From: Chlamydiia bacterium
GTDB taxonomy: Bacteria; Chlamydiota; Chlamydiia; Chlamydiales; FEN-1388
Length of the DNA stretch: 59,359 nucleotides
Reading direction: 5' to 3'
Assembly: GCA_903848235.1 (NCBI GenBank)
Contig: CAINFV010000165.1
Span: forward strand, 1 to 59,359
Position numbers and translations under genes: made by a program. This document shows positions 35,702 through 44,928 of the stretch, in pieces. The notes beneath the pieces were generated by a model. It saw only the letters and a list, made by a program, of their open reading frames with translations, was not told the origin of the DNA and did no database searches. Position 1 is the first letter of the stretch; the number at the start of each line of letters is the position of its first letter.

Positions 35702-36361
35702 GTGAGAATTGTTGTCGCTGGAGAGCAGATCTCTTTTTTCGAACGCTATGGCTATGTAGAGCTGGAGTCTTTTTTCACGGAGCGTACGACGAGCCTTCTG
35801 CTGACAGCAGCCGAAGAAGAGATAGCAAAAAGAGGGGAGCTGTCCTTGGCGGATCGAGGAAAAGAAGGTTCTCTTTTCTATGGATATGATCTTGCCTTGT
35901 CATCAGAGCGCCTTCGCAAAGAACTTTTTTCCCGTAAGCTTGGCATGGCTGCCTACTATCTTTCTCGAAGAAAACCTCTTCGCTATGCCTTTGACTGGCT
36001 ATGGAAGATCCCTGGCATCGTACTCTCTTCGCCGTTAGATACTATCTCCTCTGTAACGCCGTTGACGCTCAGTGCTGTCATTGCCCTGACAGATCAGCCA
36101 GAAACAGAAATCCCAGTGCGTAAGCCGTTTGAGTACACGTCATTTCCTCTAAAAAAGGGAAGTGTGGCATTTATTTCCTCCAAAACAAACTATCAAACAG
36201 CCAATGTTCTTCCAGGCACGTATCTTCTCATCGCCTTCACCTCAGCTCAACCGGTGTATCGCCTCCAGCAGACAGATCCATACACCCATTTTTTAAAAGG
36301 CTATGGCTATGTTTTTGGGGATCAATTAAAGGAAACGACCCATCCAGTGTTGTATCGGTGA
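35702..36361 (+). CDS. Hypothetical protein (219 aa)
   Basis: GTG start 4 nt after an AAGGAG box. The N-terminus 'QISFFERYGYVELESFF' is reminiscent of PhyH/cupin-type dioxygenases, but I see no H-x-D metal motif. Confidence 0.45.
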   Translation: MRIVVAGEQISFFERYGYVELESFFTERTTSLLLTAAEEEIAKRGELSLADRGKEGSLFYGYDLALSSERLRKELFSRKLGMAAYYLSRRKPLRYAFDWLWKIPGIVLSSPLDTISSVTPLTLSAVIALTDQPETEIPVRKPFEYTSFPLKKGSVAFISSKTNYQTANVLPGTYLLIAFTSAQPVYRLQQTDPYTHFLKGYGYVFGDQLKETTHPVLYR

Positions 36362-36365
36362 TCAG

Positions 36366-37046
36366 TTGACGAAGTTTGAGGTGGTTTACGATACAGGTAA
36401 CTCCGCGACCCATCACATGGAAGTCGACAGAGAGCTGATCATGAAGGGAGGCTTATATCCGCGCCTTCGTTTTTATCAGTGGAATGGCTTCTGCATAACG
36501 GCAGGGATGTTTCTTGAGTCTCATGCCTTGTTGGATTTCGATTACTGTCAGCGAATGAACGTGGAAATGGCAAAAAGGCCAACAGGAGGTGGAGTGCTCT
36601 TTCACGGATCAGACTGTGCGCTGTCACTGTTTTTCCCCGGGAAGACAATAGACGGTACTGTTGAGGAGTGTTGCCGAAGAATCAACGAGCCTATTGTGAA
36701 GGCTCTACGCCAAGTGCTGCCGCCAGAGGAGAGTGTCAGTGACGTTCGGTCACACGGCAGATGTCAGTTTTGTATGGCACAGGCCACTGTTTTTGACTTG
36801 GTATGGGGCGGAAAGAAGATCGGTGGCTGTGCGCAACGAAAAACACGGGCTGGGCTGTTACATCAGGTGAGTTTGTTTTTGACAGCTCCGGACTGGAAGA
36901 GTATCGCCCCTTGTGTCAAGGATGGCGATGAGATACGAAGAATGCAGCAGGTGTCACGGTCCTTAGAGGAGATGGCACAGCGAGCGATCCTTCAATATGA
37001 GATACATGAAGCTATTACCAATAGCTTTTTAGAGTGGAGAATTTAA
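36366..37046 (+). CDS. Lipoate-protein ligase / octanoyltransferase family protein (BPL_LplA_LipB domain)
   Basis: 'KRPTGGGVLFHG.D' and 'GKKIGGCAQRKTRAGLLHQVSLFL' match the catalytic-domain motifs, including the conserved Lys region. The start codon is uncertain (TTG 36366 or a downstream ATG). Confidence 0.65.
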   Translation: MTKFEVVYDTGNSATHHMEVDRELIMKGGLYPRLRFYQWNGFCITAGMFLESHALLDFDYCQRMNVEMAKRPTGGGVLFHGSDCALSLFFPGKTIDGTVEECCRRINEPIVKALRQVLPPEESVSDVRSHGRCQFCMAQATVFDLVWGGKKIGGCAQRKTRAGLLHQVSLFLTAPDWKSIAPCVKDGDEIRRMQQVSRSLEEMAQRAILQYEIHEAITNSFLEWRI

Positions 37047-37047
37047 T

Positions 37048-37470
37048 ATGAAAACTAAAAATCAAGATGCGAGTTGCCATCTCATCCAGCTAGGGTCTTC
37101 GACCCCTATTCCAAAATCACCTCAAGAGGCGAATCTGGAAGTGATTCCCAACCGTTGGCCAGCCTCGGATTATACTGTGCAGCTTCTTTGTGAAGAGTTT
37201 ACCTGTGTATGCCCGATAACTAGTCAGCCAGATTTTGCCAAGATTATCATCGAATACCGTCCAGATCAGCTTCTCATCGAATCAAAATCGCTCAAGCTAT
37301 ACTTAGGGTCGTATAGAAATGTCGGGATTTTTCATGAGTTTGTAGTAAACGCCATATGCCATGACTTAGTCCAGGTGCTGCGTCCGAAGAGCATTGAGGT
37401 AAAAGGAGAGTTCTCGGCACGAGGGGGGATTCGCATTATTCCCGTTGCCAGATGGACGCCTCCTTTATGA
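37048..37470 (+). CDS. queF: NADPH-dependent 7-cyano-7-deazaguanine (preQ0) reductase, unimodular type
   Basis: 'EFTCVCPITSQPDFAKIIIEY.P....IESKSLKLYL.SYRN.GIFHE' contains the catalytic Cys and the QueF motif E(S/L)K(S/A)hK(L/Y)(Y/F/W). Confidence 0.85.
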   Translation: MKTKNQDASCHLIQLGSSTPIPKSPQEANLEVIPNRWPASDYTVQLLCEEFTCVCPITSQPDFAKIIIEYRPDQLLIESKSLKLYLGSYRNVGIFHEFVVNAICHDLVQVLRPKSIEVKGEFSARGGIRIIPVARWTPPL

Positions 37471-37480
37471 GGACTTAATC

Positions 37481-38323
37481 ATGACTGTGTCTTTGAAGGG
37501 TTTTTTTGTATACGTGCCATGCGCAGTTCCTCAGGACCTTGTACGGGCCTCTTATAAACAGTTTACTCCACAAGAAGCAGTAGGCTTCTTGAAAGGAGCA
37601 AAAGATCGCTTGATCTCACAGCTTCTAGCGGGTACTGAGTTCCCTGTGGCTAGAGGAGTGTTGAAAGAGCGTTTCAGCAAACCCGTTTTTTGTGTGGCTG
37701 GCTCGGCGGCGTCAAGACTCACGATAGGCCTTCAGATAAAGCCTCTCGTGGGCCTTGATCTAGAGCTAACGGCGGGAAAAATCGCAGATATTATTGATCG
37801 GAAGATAGCTGATATTGCGAAAATAATTGCAGAATCGCGTAGAGATGTACAATCGGAGAAAATACAGGATTGGTTGTTCTGCCAGTTGGTCAGTGCTTTT
37901 CGTAGTCTTGCTATGAGCTCAGAAAATGTCCTTATCTTTCAACAGATTGGAATCACGATTCCTGAAGAACTGACGAATATGGAGTGCAGGATCCTCGTAG
38001 AAACGATGCGAGAAGCCTTTGAGAGTCAAGATCTTGCTGTCAAGAAGGCAAAAGAAATAATAAAGATCTATTTTTACGCTGCTCTTGGCCAAAACATGCC
38101 CGAGGCTATGTTGGAAGGAATTCAAAACATCTATCATGTTTCAGGTGCCGTAGAAGCTATGCGGCATTTTTCGAGATGGATACCGTCTCCTATCACCAGA
38201 CAGAATGTTGGCCATCTGATGTGCGAAATCGACGACTGGTGCGACGAGGAGTGTGAGGAAGCTGTGCGGCTCGAAAATATCGTGATGCCTTACTTCGATT
38301 CACTCTTCGAATCAACGCTTTGA
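37481..38323 (+). CDS. Hypothetical protein (280 aa)
   Basis: ORF from ATG 37481. The track ORF from 37445 would overlap queF. No motif recognised. Confidence 0.45.
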   Translation: MTVSLKGFFVYVPCAVPQDLVRASYKQFTPQEAVGFLKGAKDRLISQLLAGTEFPVARGVLKERFSKPVFCVAGSAASRLTIGLQIKPLVGLDLELTAGKIADIIDRKIADIAKIIAESRRDVQSEKIQDWLFCQLVSAFRSLAMSSENVLIFQQIGITIPEELTNMECRILVETMREAFESQDLAVKKAKEIIKIYFYAALGQNMPEAMLEGIQNIYHVSGAVEAMRHFSRWIPSPITRQNVGHLMCEIDDWCDEECEEAVRLENIVMPYFDSLFESTL

Positions 38324-39586
38324 GAACTCTTTCGAAGAGGAGGCCGGTTGAATGTGTACTGGCTTACGCACGCCGGGCTGGCACCACAAATACCCCTGTG
38401 CGGTTGAAAGCCTCTTCAACCGCTTGTAATCGAGACAAGGCCGCCGCACTCTTCGGTCTGTTCTTCGGGTCGAAATCTATACATTCAGCAATTAAGCACC
38501 ACGGATCTTTCTGCGTTGCCATGAGCTTTTTTTGAATCTTCTTGATTTCACTCTTATAAGCATCAATTAGTGCCTTACGTTCTTTCTCGGACAGTTTCTT
38601 AGGAGTGCCATTAACGTTTCTAAAACTATCGTGAAATTTATCGTTTAAGAGTATTAATTCAACAACTTTGTCGGGAGCAAAAGCACATAACAACGTAGTT
38701 CCAGTGGAAAACATATCCATAGATGGATCGTTGAGGCATGGCCCCATCACGAGCTCAGGAGGCATATACCCAGGGGTTCCAGCGTATTTCGCCTCAGAGC
38801 CTTCGTCAGCACAGGTCCCAAAATCGGCCAATTTCCCCTCACCATCAGCCTGCAATATGTTATCTAATTTAACATCCTTGTGTACTAATTTCAGCCGATG
38901 AAGAAGGCTTAAGGCGCTTAAGGCTCCAACACAACCATGGAGAACCGATGGAAAACGTTCCTTTCGGCCTTTGTCATAGAGAGGTTTGAATGTAGAAGGT
39001 TCAAAGACACTGTCCACTAAGGCTCCTTCATCAGCTCGACCAGCTACATAATGGAATTTTTTTTCGCCGCTCTCTCCCTTATGGGACAAGTAGCAATCAA
39101 ACGGCAGAATATTTGCATATAGAACATCTTTTGCTCCTCAGGGGTATCTCCTAATTGTAAGAGAGATCTTCCTCTTGTAAGTATGGTCTCTCGAATCTTA
39201 ACTTCATGCTGGGCATCCTTAAGGGCTATATCACGGTAGAAGATCACTTCCTTAGGGGTAGATCCGCCTTTCCCGGTATATCGAGCCATGTGCATAACAC
39301 GTCCATCAGGTGTAATGGTCACCATTTTTTTGACACGTTTTAGTCCCCCTTCTCCTAGCCAATCAAAGGTATAGTCCGCATACCGCGCACCAGGCTCACC
39401 CCTTACCTTTAACCCCTTAATTCTATTTTCCCCCCGATATTGCTGCAGCACCGCGCCCTCTTCCCCGGGATCATCAAGACATCCTTTCCATTGGCTTGCC
39501 CAATGATCAACAATACGCCGTGCCTGATAGGCCTTTACCCCATCACCAATCAAAGCATCATTCATGTCTGACATCGTGCTTAATTT

Positions 39587-40654
39587 CTCGGCCATCACCC
39601 TCATACAGTCTGTTAAGTCGGGAGGAAGAACATCTAGAGAATCATGCTGAGGGTTAAAGACTGAGCGGATGGCTCCTGTTTGAGAATCCATGACGACACT
39701 GCCTGCCTCTTGCCACTGCCCCCCCGCTGCAATATAGAGGCCAAAAGCCATTCCATCTGGCGACTGTGCAGGCATCGCCCAATACACCTGATCCCCAACT
39801 TGCAAAGACATGCCAGCTTTAGGAAGAATAGAAGCATACCAAGCGACCGTTTGAAGCATCTCTGCATGGGCTTCTGGGATGCTTTGTAACAACCTATGAA
39901 TCACTTGCTCGGCAGTAGTTGCCCCTACTGTATGTAAGGCCTGCTGAATCAACAGCCATGCGTTTTTATTTTCTGGACTAGGAATTCCAAGAATCTGGTT
40001 GGCCTGGGTTATAAGCGTATTTACAACTTTTGGATTGGCTTTCAGTACTCTTTGAAACCATTCTGAAGTTACAAGATCCAGCAAGCCGCTTTCCGCCTCT
40101 TTTTGAACACGAGGATCTTTAGCTTGAGCTGCAAAAAAGTTCAAAAACTTTTGAGCATTTTCCGGTGTTTCCTTGGACTCAGAGAATGCTTTCATGCAAT
40201 CTTGCAGCTCAGGCGAAAGATATTCCATTGACGTATGATCTGGCCCGTAGATAGAAGCTTTGCCGGTATTAGAATCAACGACGGCAGCACCTATTTTCTC
40301 CAACGAGCCCTTTACCTCCTTATAAAAAAAGAGAGCTTGAGTTCCCTTTTTCGGGTGCGCTGGCATTGCTAAATATTTTTCATCTCCAACTTGCAAAGGC
40401 ATCATACCCTTAAAGCAAAGATTGGCAAATAAAACCATATCTCGAAGTACTGTTGCATCAGGTTGAACATGCTGAACTAGGCTTTCTCTGGTTTTTTTCA
40501 TATCCGTTTCAAGAGACGGATCGTCCTTCAATACGCTTTTAAACCACGTTGAGGACAAGAACTTCGTCAGAGCGGCCCTTGCTTCTTCTTGGTCATGCTC
40601 ATCTCCACTCTGAAATCTGCTGACAAGAGCTTCCAAAAACCGTCTAGCATTTTC
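39587..40654 (-). repeat. Tandem duplication of a roughly 160-190-aa domain (protein level) inside the split kinase gene
   Basis: Residues about 117-274 and about 281-472 of the 652-aa ORF align: ENARRFLEAL / ENAQKFLNFF; FLSSTWFKSVLKDDP / LVTSEWFQRVLKANP; MPLQVGDEKYLAMPA / MSLQVGDQVYWAMPA; VVDSNTGKASIYGPDHTSMEYLSPELQDCMKAF / VMDSQTGAIRSVFNPQHDSLDVLPPDLTDCMRVM. Confidence 0.75.
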
Positions 40655-40834
40655 AGACGATTTTTTCGTAAAAGGCGTGAGATTTGCAAAAAGATGGGAC
40701 TTCCCAGTCACCGTCAGAACTCCTTGATTTTCGGTGAGTCGTGCAGCTTTAGTAGAAAGTAGTTGAGCGGCTATATCGGCAAGCTCAACAATCGTGGGAA
40801 TACTAACCCCGACTGAACTCGGCGTCTGGCACAC

Positions 40835-40844
40835 GGGGGGGGGG
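40835..40844 (-). repeat. Homopolymer: C10 on the coding strand (G10 on +) within the split kinase gene
   Basis: Direct count of ten consecutive G at 40835..40844. They encode Ile-Pro-Pro-Pro-Val (codons 53-57). A9 (40932..40940) and A8 (39057..39064) tracts lie in the same gene. Confidence 0.9.
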
Positions 40845-41131
40845 ATGGTTGCCGAAACCTTGCCTTCTGGACTTGTTGTCCCAGCGATACCCAGCCGTTG
40901 TGCTACACTATGAAGTACCTGTATACCCCAATTTTTTTTTGTCGGCATTGGCCCAAAACCACTTGTATCGGTTTTTACGCCAGCTGCTTTTGCTTCTTCC
41001 ATATTTCCTCATCGTTTCAGCCATCTATAACAAAAAAAGGTTTTCTTACCTACAAAGGCGTCCGGCAAAGAGAGGAAAAGAAATCGTTAGAGCCAGATCC
41101 CATAAGTCACAAATGGACCACTAGTCAGAAA

Positions 41132-41371
41132 TCAATCACTTTTTGGCTTTCGCTTCAAACCATCGCTGCTAGGAGGCTTGCTGCTGTTGGAACTGTCTTT
41201 TGTAAGACGTGCTTCTAGGTTACAAACACGGGCCTGCAGTTGCCGGATTGTTGACTCGAGATATCGAATATAGGCACGAGCGGACGGTGGGAGAGCGTCA
41301 AAAATCTCACCGGAAGGAGTCGGTAGGGAATCGGAAAAAGGTGGTGTAGAACTTGTTGCGTCTAAATTCAT
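41132..41371 (-). mobile_element. IS66-family transposase N-terminal fragment (remnant)
   Basis: The 79-aa ORF 'YIRYLESTIRQLQARVCNLEARLTKDSSNSSKPPSSDGLKRKPKS' carries the leucine-zipper-like helix plus the 'NSSKPPSSDG...KPK' hallmark of IS66-family TnpC N-termini. It stops right after that, and no DDE domain follows in any frame before the next gene at 41002. Confidence 0.7.
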
Positions 41372-41696
41372 GGCGAAAAGCTAGCAGAAACACCGAGCAA
41401 AAATAAATTAAAGCTTTTACGGAGAAGGATGTTTTTCAGAGGCCGATTTTAGCGGTAGGGGCCTCATAGGGAAGCTGATACGTAAGGATCCGTCACATAA
41501 TCCATATCATTTAGATGCCCGACGAAGGAGGGGTATCTGAACTGTTTCTCTTATTCTTATAAATATGGTATAAAAAAATATGTACACAGACTTTTTTTCT
41601 AGAGGGAACACATTTTTTCGATAGTATTTCTTTGCATGGGGTTTTTGTTCCAAGAAATAGGGGTTGAGAAAACGATATGGGGGGTAAGAAAAAAAC

Positions 41697-43172
41697 ATGT
41701 TAATCGAGCAACCTTTTGATCCATTCTCTGCGTTAGGAGGTCAATTGCCTCCAGAAACCCAGCAAGATGGAATGTTAACGATTGAAGATCTCAAAAATAA
41801 AATCGATGGTATGCAAAAACAGTTTCAGGAAGCCGCGGAAAAAGGGATTGTTCAGGAAGCAGATGGAAGAGAGCTCTTTCAGGAACTAGATAGGATAAAA
41901 CGGCGACTTTCTATGTTAGAAAGATTTCCTGAAAATATTGAAAAATATCAAGTACTTTTTAGCGCTGTTTCTGAATCCCTTACCGCTATCTCTAATGGCC
42001 TTAGGAGTATTCAGAAAGCAATTCAACGTGGTGGCAAAATTGAGACAAGCGGTGTGAGCCTATGGGTGAAGAATGAGTGTATGAGACTAAAAGGCCTCAG
42101 GACGTTCATATCTTCCGCCAGAGCAGATAGTTGTGTCAAGTTTCTTGCCGAAGGAAAAGCAAAAGAGATTTACGACCCCCTTCGAGGGGCAAGTGTGTAT
42201 CTTGTAGCGCACGACGCATCTGGAGTTACTTCAGTTTTTACGCTTAGCCTGAAGGAAGGCGAACTCCGTCAAGAACTTAAGATATCGGAGCATCTTAAAA
42301 GCAAATTAGGTGCGGAAACGGCCGGAGAATACCTTGTCTTGGTCGAAGAAGTCAAAGATCCAGCAGAAATGGTCGAGGGTAGGTTTACTTTAAAATGCGA
42401 AAAGGCCGATTCAGATCTCGAAGACTTTCTGGCGGATCCAAAAAATACTTATGATCCTTTCCAATTGGGAGAAGATGGTTTGTCTTCAGTAAGTTTATTG
42501 CATGAAGCTGATCTTACTCATGGGGATCTAAAACTTGATAATTTTCTTACATTTCATGGCCGAGTGAGAATGACAGACTTTGGGAAGACCAAACATACTA
42601 GCGATGGTGAAGACTTTATATATTCTGGAAATCCACGCCACGAACCTCCAGAGAGGAGACAAAGCAAGCCCGGTGACGTATATGGGATGGGAATCGTCCT
42701 AGGCCAAATTCTAGAAAGAAAGTATCTCAGCGAAACAAAAAAAATGCTCGTTGATGTATCAGAATCAGACAGGAAAAGCGGCGCCCCTGACGAGAGTCGA
42801 ATAGGACTTGAACGTTACCTTATTCTCTGCAAAGAGAGCATACAGACGGAGAGTGGAGGGAGTCTTAAGTCCGCATCGTTGATAGGTCAACGGCTCGGAC
42901 GGATGCTCTGTTCACCATCCGATGCTATGCTAGCTGATGCCGACCGTGCTACTGGAATTTATATTAATCAGCTCGTGTTGGAGCTGCAGAGTAAATATCC
43001 AGACAACACCGAAGCGCAAAAGGGGATCGATGAATTAGGAGAGCTCATAAAGCGTATGATGTCAGCACATCCGGCTGCAAGGCCGTCGGCAAAGGAGGCC
43101 CTTGCTGAATATAGAGCGATACGACAAAAAATCAGTCCTCAAAAACCATTGACTCCTGGGCCTTCAGAATAA
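41697..43172 (+). CDS. Eukaryotic-like protein kinase domain protein (paralogue of the split gene)
   Basis: 'LAEGKAKEIY', 'FTLSLKEGELRQELKISEHL', catalytic loop 'THGDLKLDNFL', 'MTDFGKT', 'EPPE' and 'DVYGMGIVLGQILE'. It shares the unusual 'SLLH...L.H.D.KLDN.L' pattern with the 38364 fragment. Confidence 0.75.
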   Translation: MLIEQPFDPFSALGGQLPPETQQDGMLTIEDLKNKIDGMQKQFQEAAEKGIVQEADGRELFQELDRIKRRLSMLERFPENIEKYQVLFSAVSESLTAISNGLRSIQKAIQRGGKIETSGVSLWVKNECMRLKGLRTFISSARADSCVKFLAEGKAKEIYDPLRGASVYLVAHDASGVTSVFTLSLKEGELRQELKISEHLKSKLGAETAGEYLVLVEEVKDPAEMVEGRFTLKCEKADSDLEDFLADPKNTYDPFQLGEDGLSSVSLLHEADLTHGDLKLDNFLTFHGRVRMTDFGKTKHTSDGEDFIYSGNPRHEPPERRQSKPGDVYGMGIVLGQILERKYLSETKKMLVDVSESDRKSGAPDESRIGLERYLILCKESIQTESGGSLKSASLIGQRLGRMLCSPSDAMLADADRATGIYINQLVLELQSKYPDNTEAQKGIDELGELIKRMMSAHPAARPSAKEALAEYRAIRQKISPQKPLTPGPSE

Positions 43173-43212
43173 AAAATTGTATACAGTCGAGCTCTTCGTT
43201 CGTCGCGACATT

Positions 43213-44928
43213 CTATTTTTCCACTGCTACATGTGCGGTTCGTAGGACTTGATCTAACGATGTGACGACCTGATCTTTAGGGAATGTCTCAAAGAAGTCT
43301 GCATGCTCGAGGTACTCCACTACATTGGGCTTGAGTTCTGCTAGGTACAGATCAACGTTCTTCGACTTGCATTGTGCGGCAAATCGTCGCAGAGCATTGA
43401 CAGCCGTTGAATCAATGAATGGGACGGAACGCATACGGACGATCAACGTCGCCGGAAGTGGATCGAAATGGTTCAGAACATCCGCTAGGAGGTCAGCGAC
43501 CGCAAAGAAAAAGGGACCTTCAATCTCATAGACCTTTGTGTCAGAAGGAAGAGCCATCTGCCAGGAGCCGCTGAGGTCGGTGTCTTTGTCGCTGATATGT
43601 TCATCTTCTTCTATAGCGTCGAGCAACTTCCCTGTTGTCGCTTCCGAGCTGCGTTTGAGAAACAGGATGATTGAGAGAAACACTCCCGTTTGTACCGCGG
43701 TATTGATATCGACGAGAATGGTGATCGCCAGTGTGACGAGGAGGACAAGAGCTTCTCCGCGACCCCCTTTGACAACTTCCTTTAACTGGTCTACTTCAAA
43801 CATTCCCCAAGCAACAATGACGAGTACTGCGGCTAACGCTGACAGAGGGACCATGCTGGCCAATGGAGCAAGAACGAGCATGAGGATAAGAAGGGTGATG
43901 GCATGGATGATTCCTGCCAGAGGGGTCTTTGCATGAAGCTGCAGGCTGGCGGTGGTTCTGGCAATGGCACCTGTTGCGGGGATGCCTCCGAAGATAGCAG
44001 CGCCGAAGTTTGAGATTCCTTGGCCTATCAGCTCGCAATTTGACTTATGGCGAGTTCCTGCAAGGCTGTCGGCGATGACGCAGGCAAGTAGTGATTCGAT
44101 AGCGCCCAACAAGGCTATGCCAACGGCATCTGGAAATGTCTTGCGCATGAGGTCAAATGTCAGGGGCGGCCAGTGGGGGGAAGGGAGGCAGCGAGGGATA
44201 ATGCCGAACTTGGACTCTATTGTTTCAACAGGAAGATGCAAGAAATAGGCGATCGCCGTGACGATGCAGATGGCAATGATGACCCCAGGAATCTTTTTCG
44301 ATAACCGACGGAAAAAAATAATCATTCCAAAAGTTGCAAGAGCTACGCCAAGGGCATAGTAGTTGATCGTAGACGAATAGTGGACGGCTGCGTTAAGTCT
44401 GTCAACGATATCAACGGTAGGATGAGGGATTTGAAGGCCTAAGAGATCGTTAATTTGTGAAGAGACAAGGACGATGGCAAGGCCGCACGTAAAGCCGACG
44501 ATGACCGGATATGAGATAAATCGAATCAGCCCTCCACACCGCAAAACACCAAGGAGAAACATCATGATAGAGGCTTCGATAGTCGCACAGACAAGCCCTT
44601 CATAACCGAATTTTTGGAGAATCCCAAAAATCAAGATAACATAGGCTCCAGTAGGTCCCCCGATAAGGAAGCGGCTTCCCCCGAAGATCGAAGTTAAGAA
44701 CCCTGCGACGATGGCCGTGTAAAGCCCTCGTTCTGGATCAAGGCCTGCGCCAATGGAAAACGCCATGGCAAGAGGCAGCGAAATGACACCAACGGTTATG
44801 CCGGCCATCAGATCGCTCATGAAGAGCTTGCGCGTATATCCTTCCATGATACAGACAATGGATTTGGGGACAAAAGGAGCGACTGCCGGTGAGGAAAGCC
44901 ATTCTTGCGCCCGTTCTTTAAAACTCAT
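43213..44928 (-). CDS. SulP-family anion (sulfate/bicarbonate) transporter with C-terminal STAS domain
   Basis: 571 aa and multi-TM. The N-terminal region 'DLMAGITVGVISLPLAMAFSIGAGL.PE.GLYTAIV.GF..SIFGGSR' is the SulP signature region. The C-terminal roughly 120 aa look STAS-like. Confidence 0.85.
   Translation of the reverse strand: MSFKERAQEWLSSPAVAPFVPKSIVCIMEGYTRKLFMSDLMAGITVGVISLPLAMAFSIGAGLDPERGLYTAIVAGFLTSIFGGSRFLIGGPTGAYVILIFGILQKFGYEGLVCATIEASIMMFLLGVLRCGGLIRFISYPVIVGFTCGLAIVLVSSQINDLLGLQIPHPTVDIVDRLNAAVHYSSTINYYALGVALATFGMIIFFRRLSKKIPGVIIAICIVTAIAYFLHLPVETIESKFGIIPRCLPSPHWPPLTFDLMRKTFPDAVGIALLGAIESLLACVIADSLAGTRHKSNCELIGQGISNFGAAIFGGIPATGAIARTTASLQLHAKTPLAGIIHAITLLILMLVLAPLASMVPLSALAAVLVIVAWGMFEVDQLKEVVKGGRGEALVLLVTLAITILVDINTAVQTGVFLSIILFLKRSSEATTGKLLDAIEEDEHISDKDTDLSGSWQMALPSDTKVYEIEGPFFFAVADLLADVLNHFDPLPATLIVRMRSVPFIDSTAVNALRRFAAQCKSKNVDLYLAELKPNVVEYLEHADFFETFPKDQVVTSLDQVLRTAHVAVEK

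Larger units (their letters stand above)
38364..41002 (-). pseudogene. Frameshift-split gene: duplicated N-terminal domain plus eukaryotic-like kinase domain
   Basis: ORF 39044..41002 ends inside a kinase N-lobe ('DWLGEGGLKRVKK', 'HEVKIRETIL'). ORF 38364..39089, whose frame is open back to 39137, continues with 'NILPFDCY', 'KFHYVAGRADEG', 'LVHKDVKLDNIL', 'LADFG' and 'GTPGYMPPE'. The two frames overlap over 39044..39137, and the downstream frame is -1 relative to the upstream one. Confidence 0.7.

Noticed and set aside
39057-39064. A8 tract just upstream of the 0-frame stop, considered as a programmed -1 frameshift or transcriptional slippage site joining the two kinase ORFs (A-AAA-AAT resembles the dnaX A-AAA-AAG heptamer).
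   Set aside because: The downstream frame already encodes kinase-like sequence (GAKDVLYANILPFDCY, matching NMVQF of the paralogue) about 75 nt upstream of the tract. The frame break therefore lies near 39137, not at the A-run. This is not fully excluded without data.
41372-41500. Possible IS66 terminal inverted repeat around the TACGTA/GTAAGG at about 41478..41486.
   Set aside because: I cannot recall the IR consensus well enough, and there is no partner IR because the element is truncated. I left this as unverified text rather than a feature.
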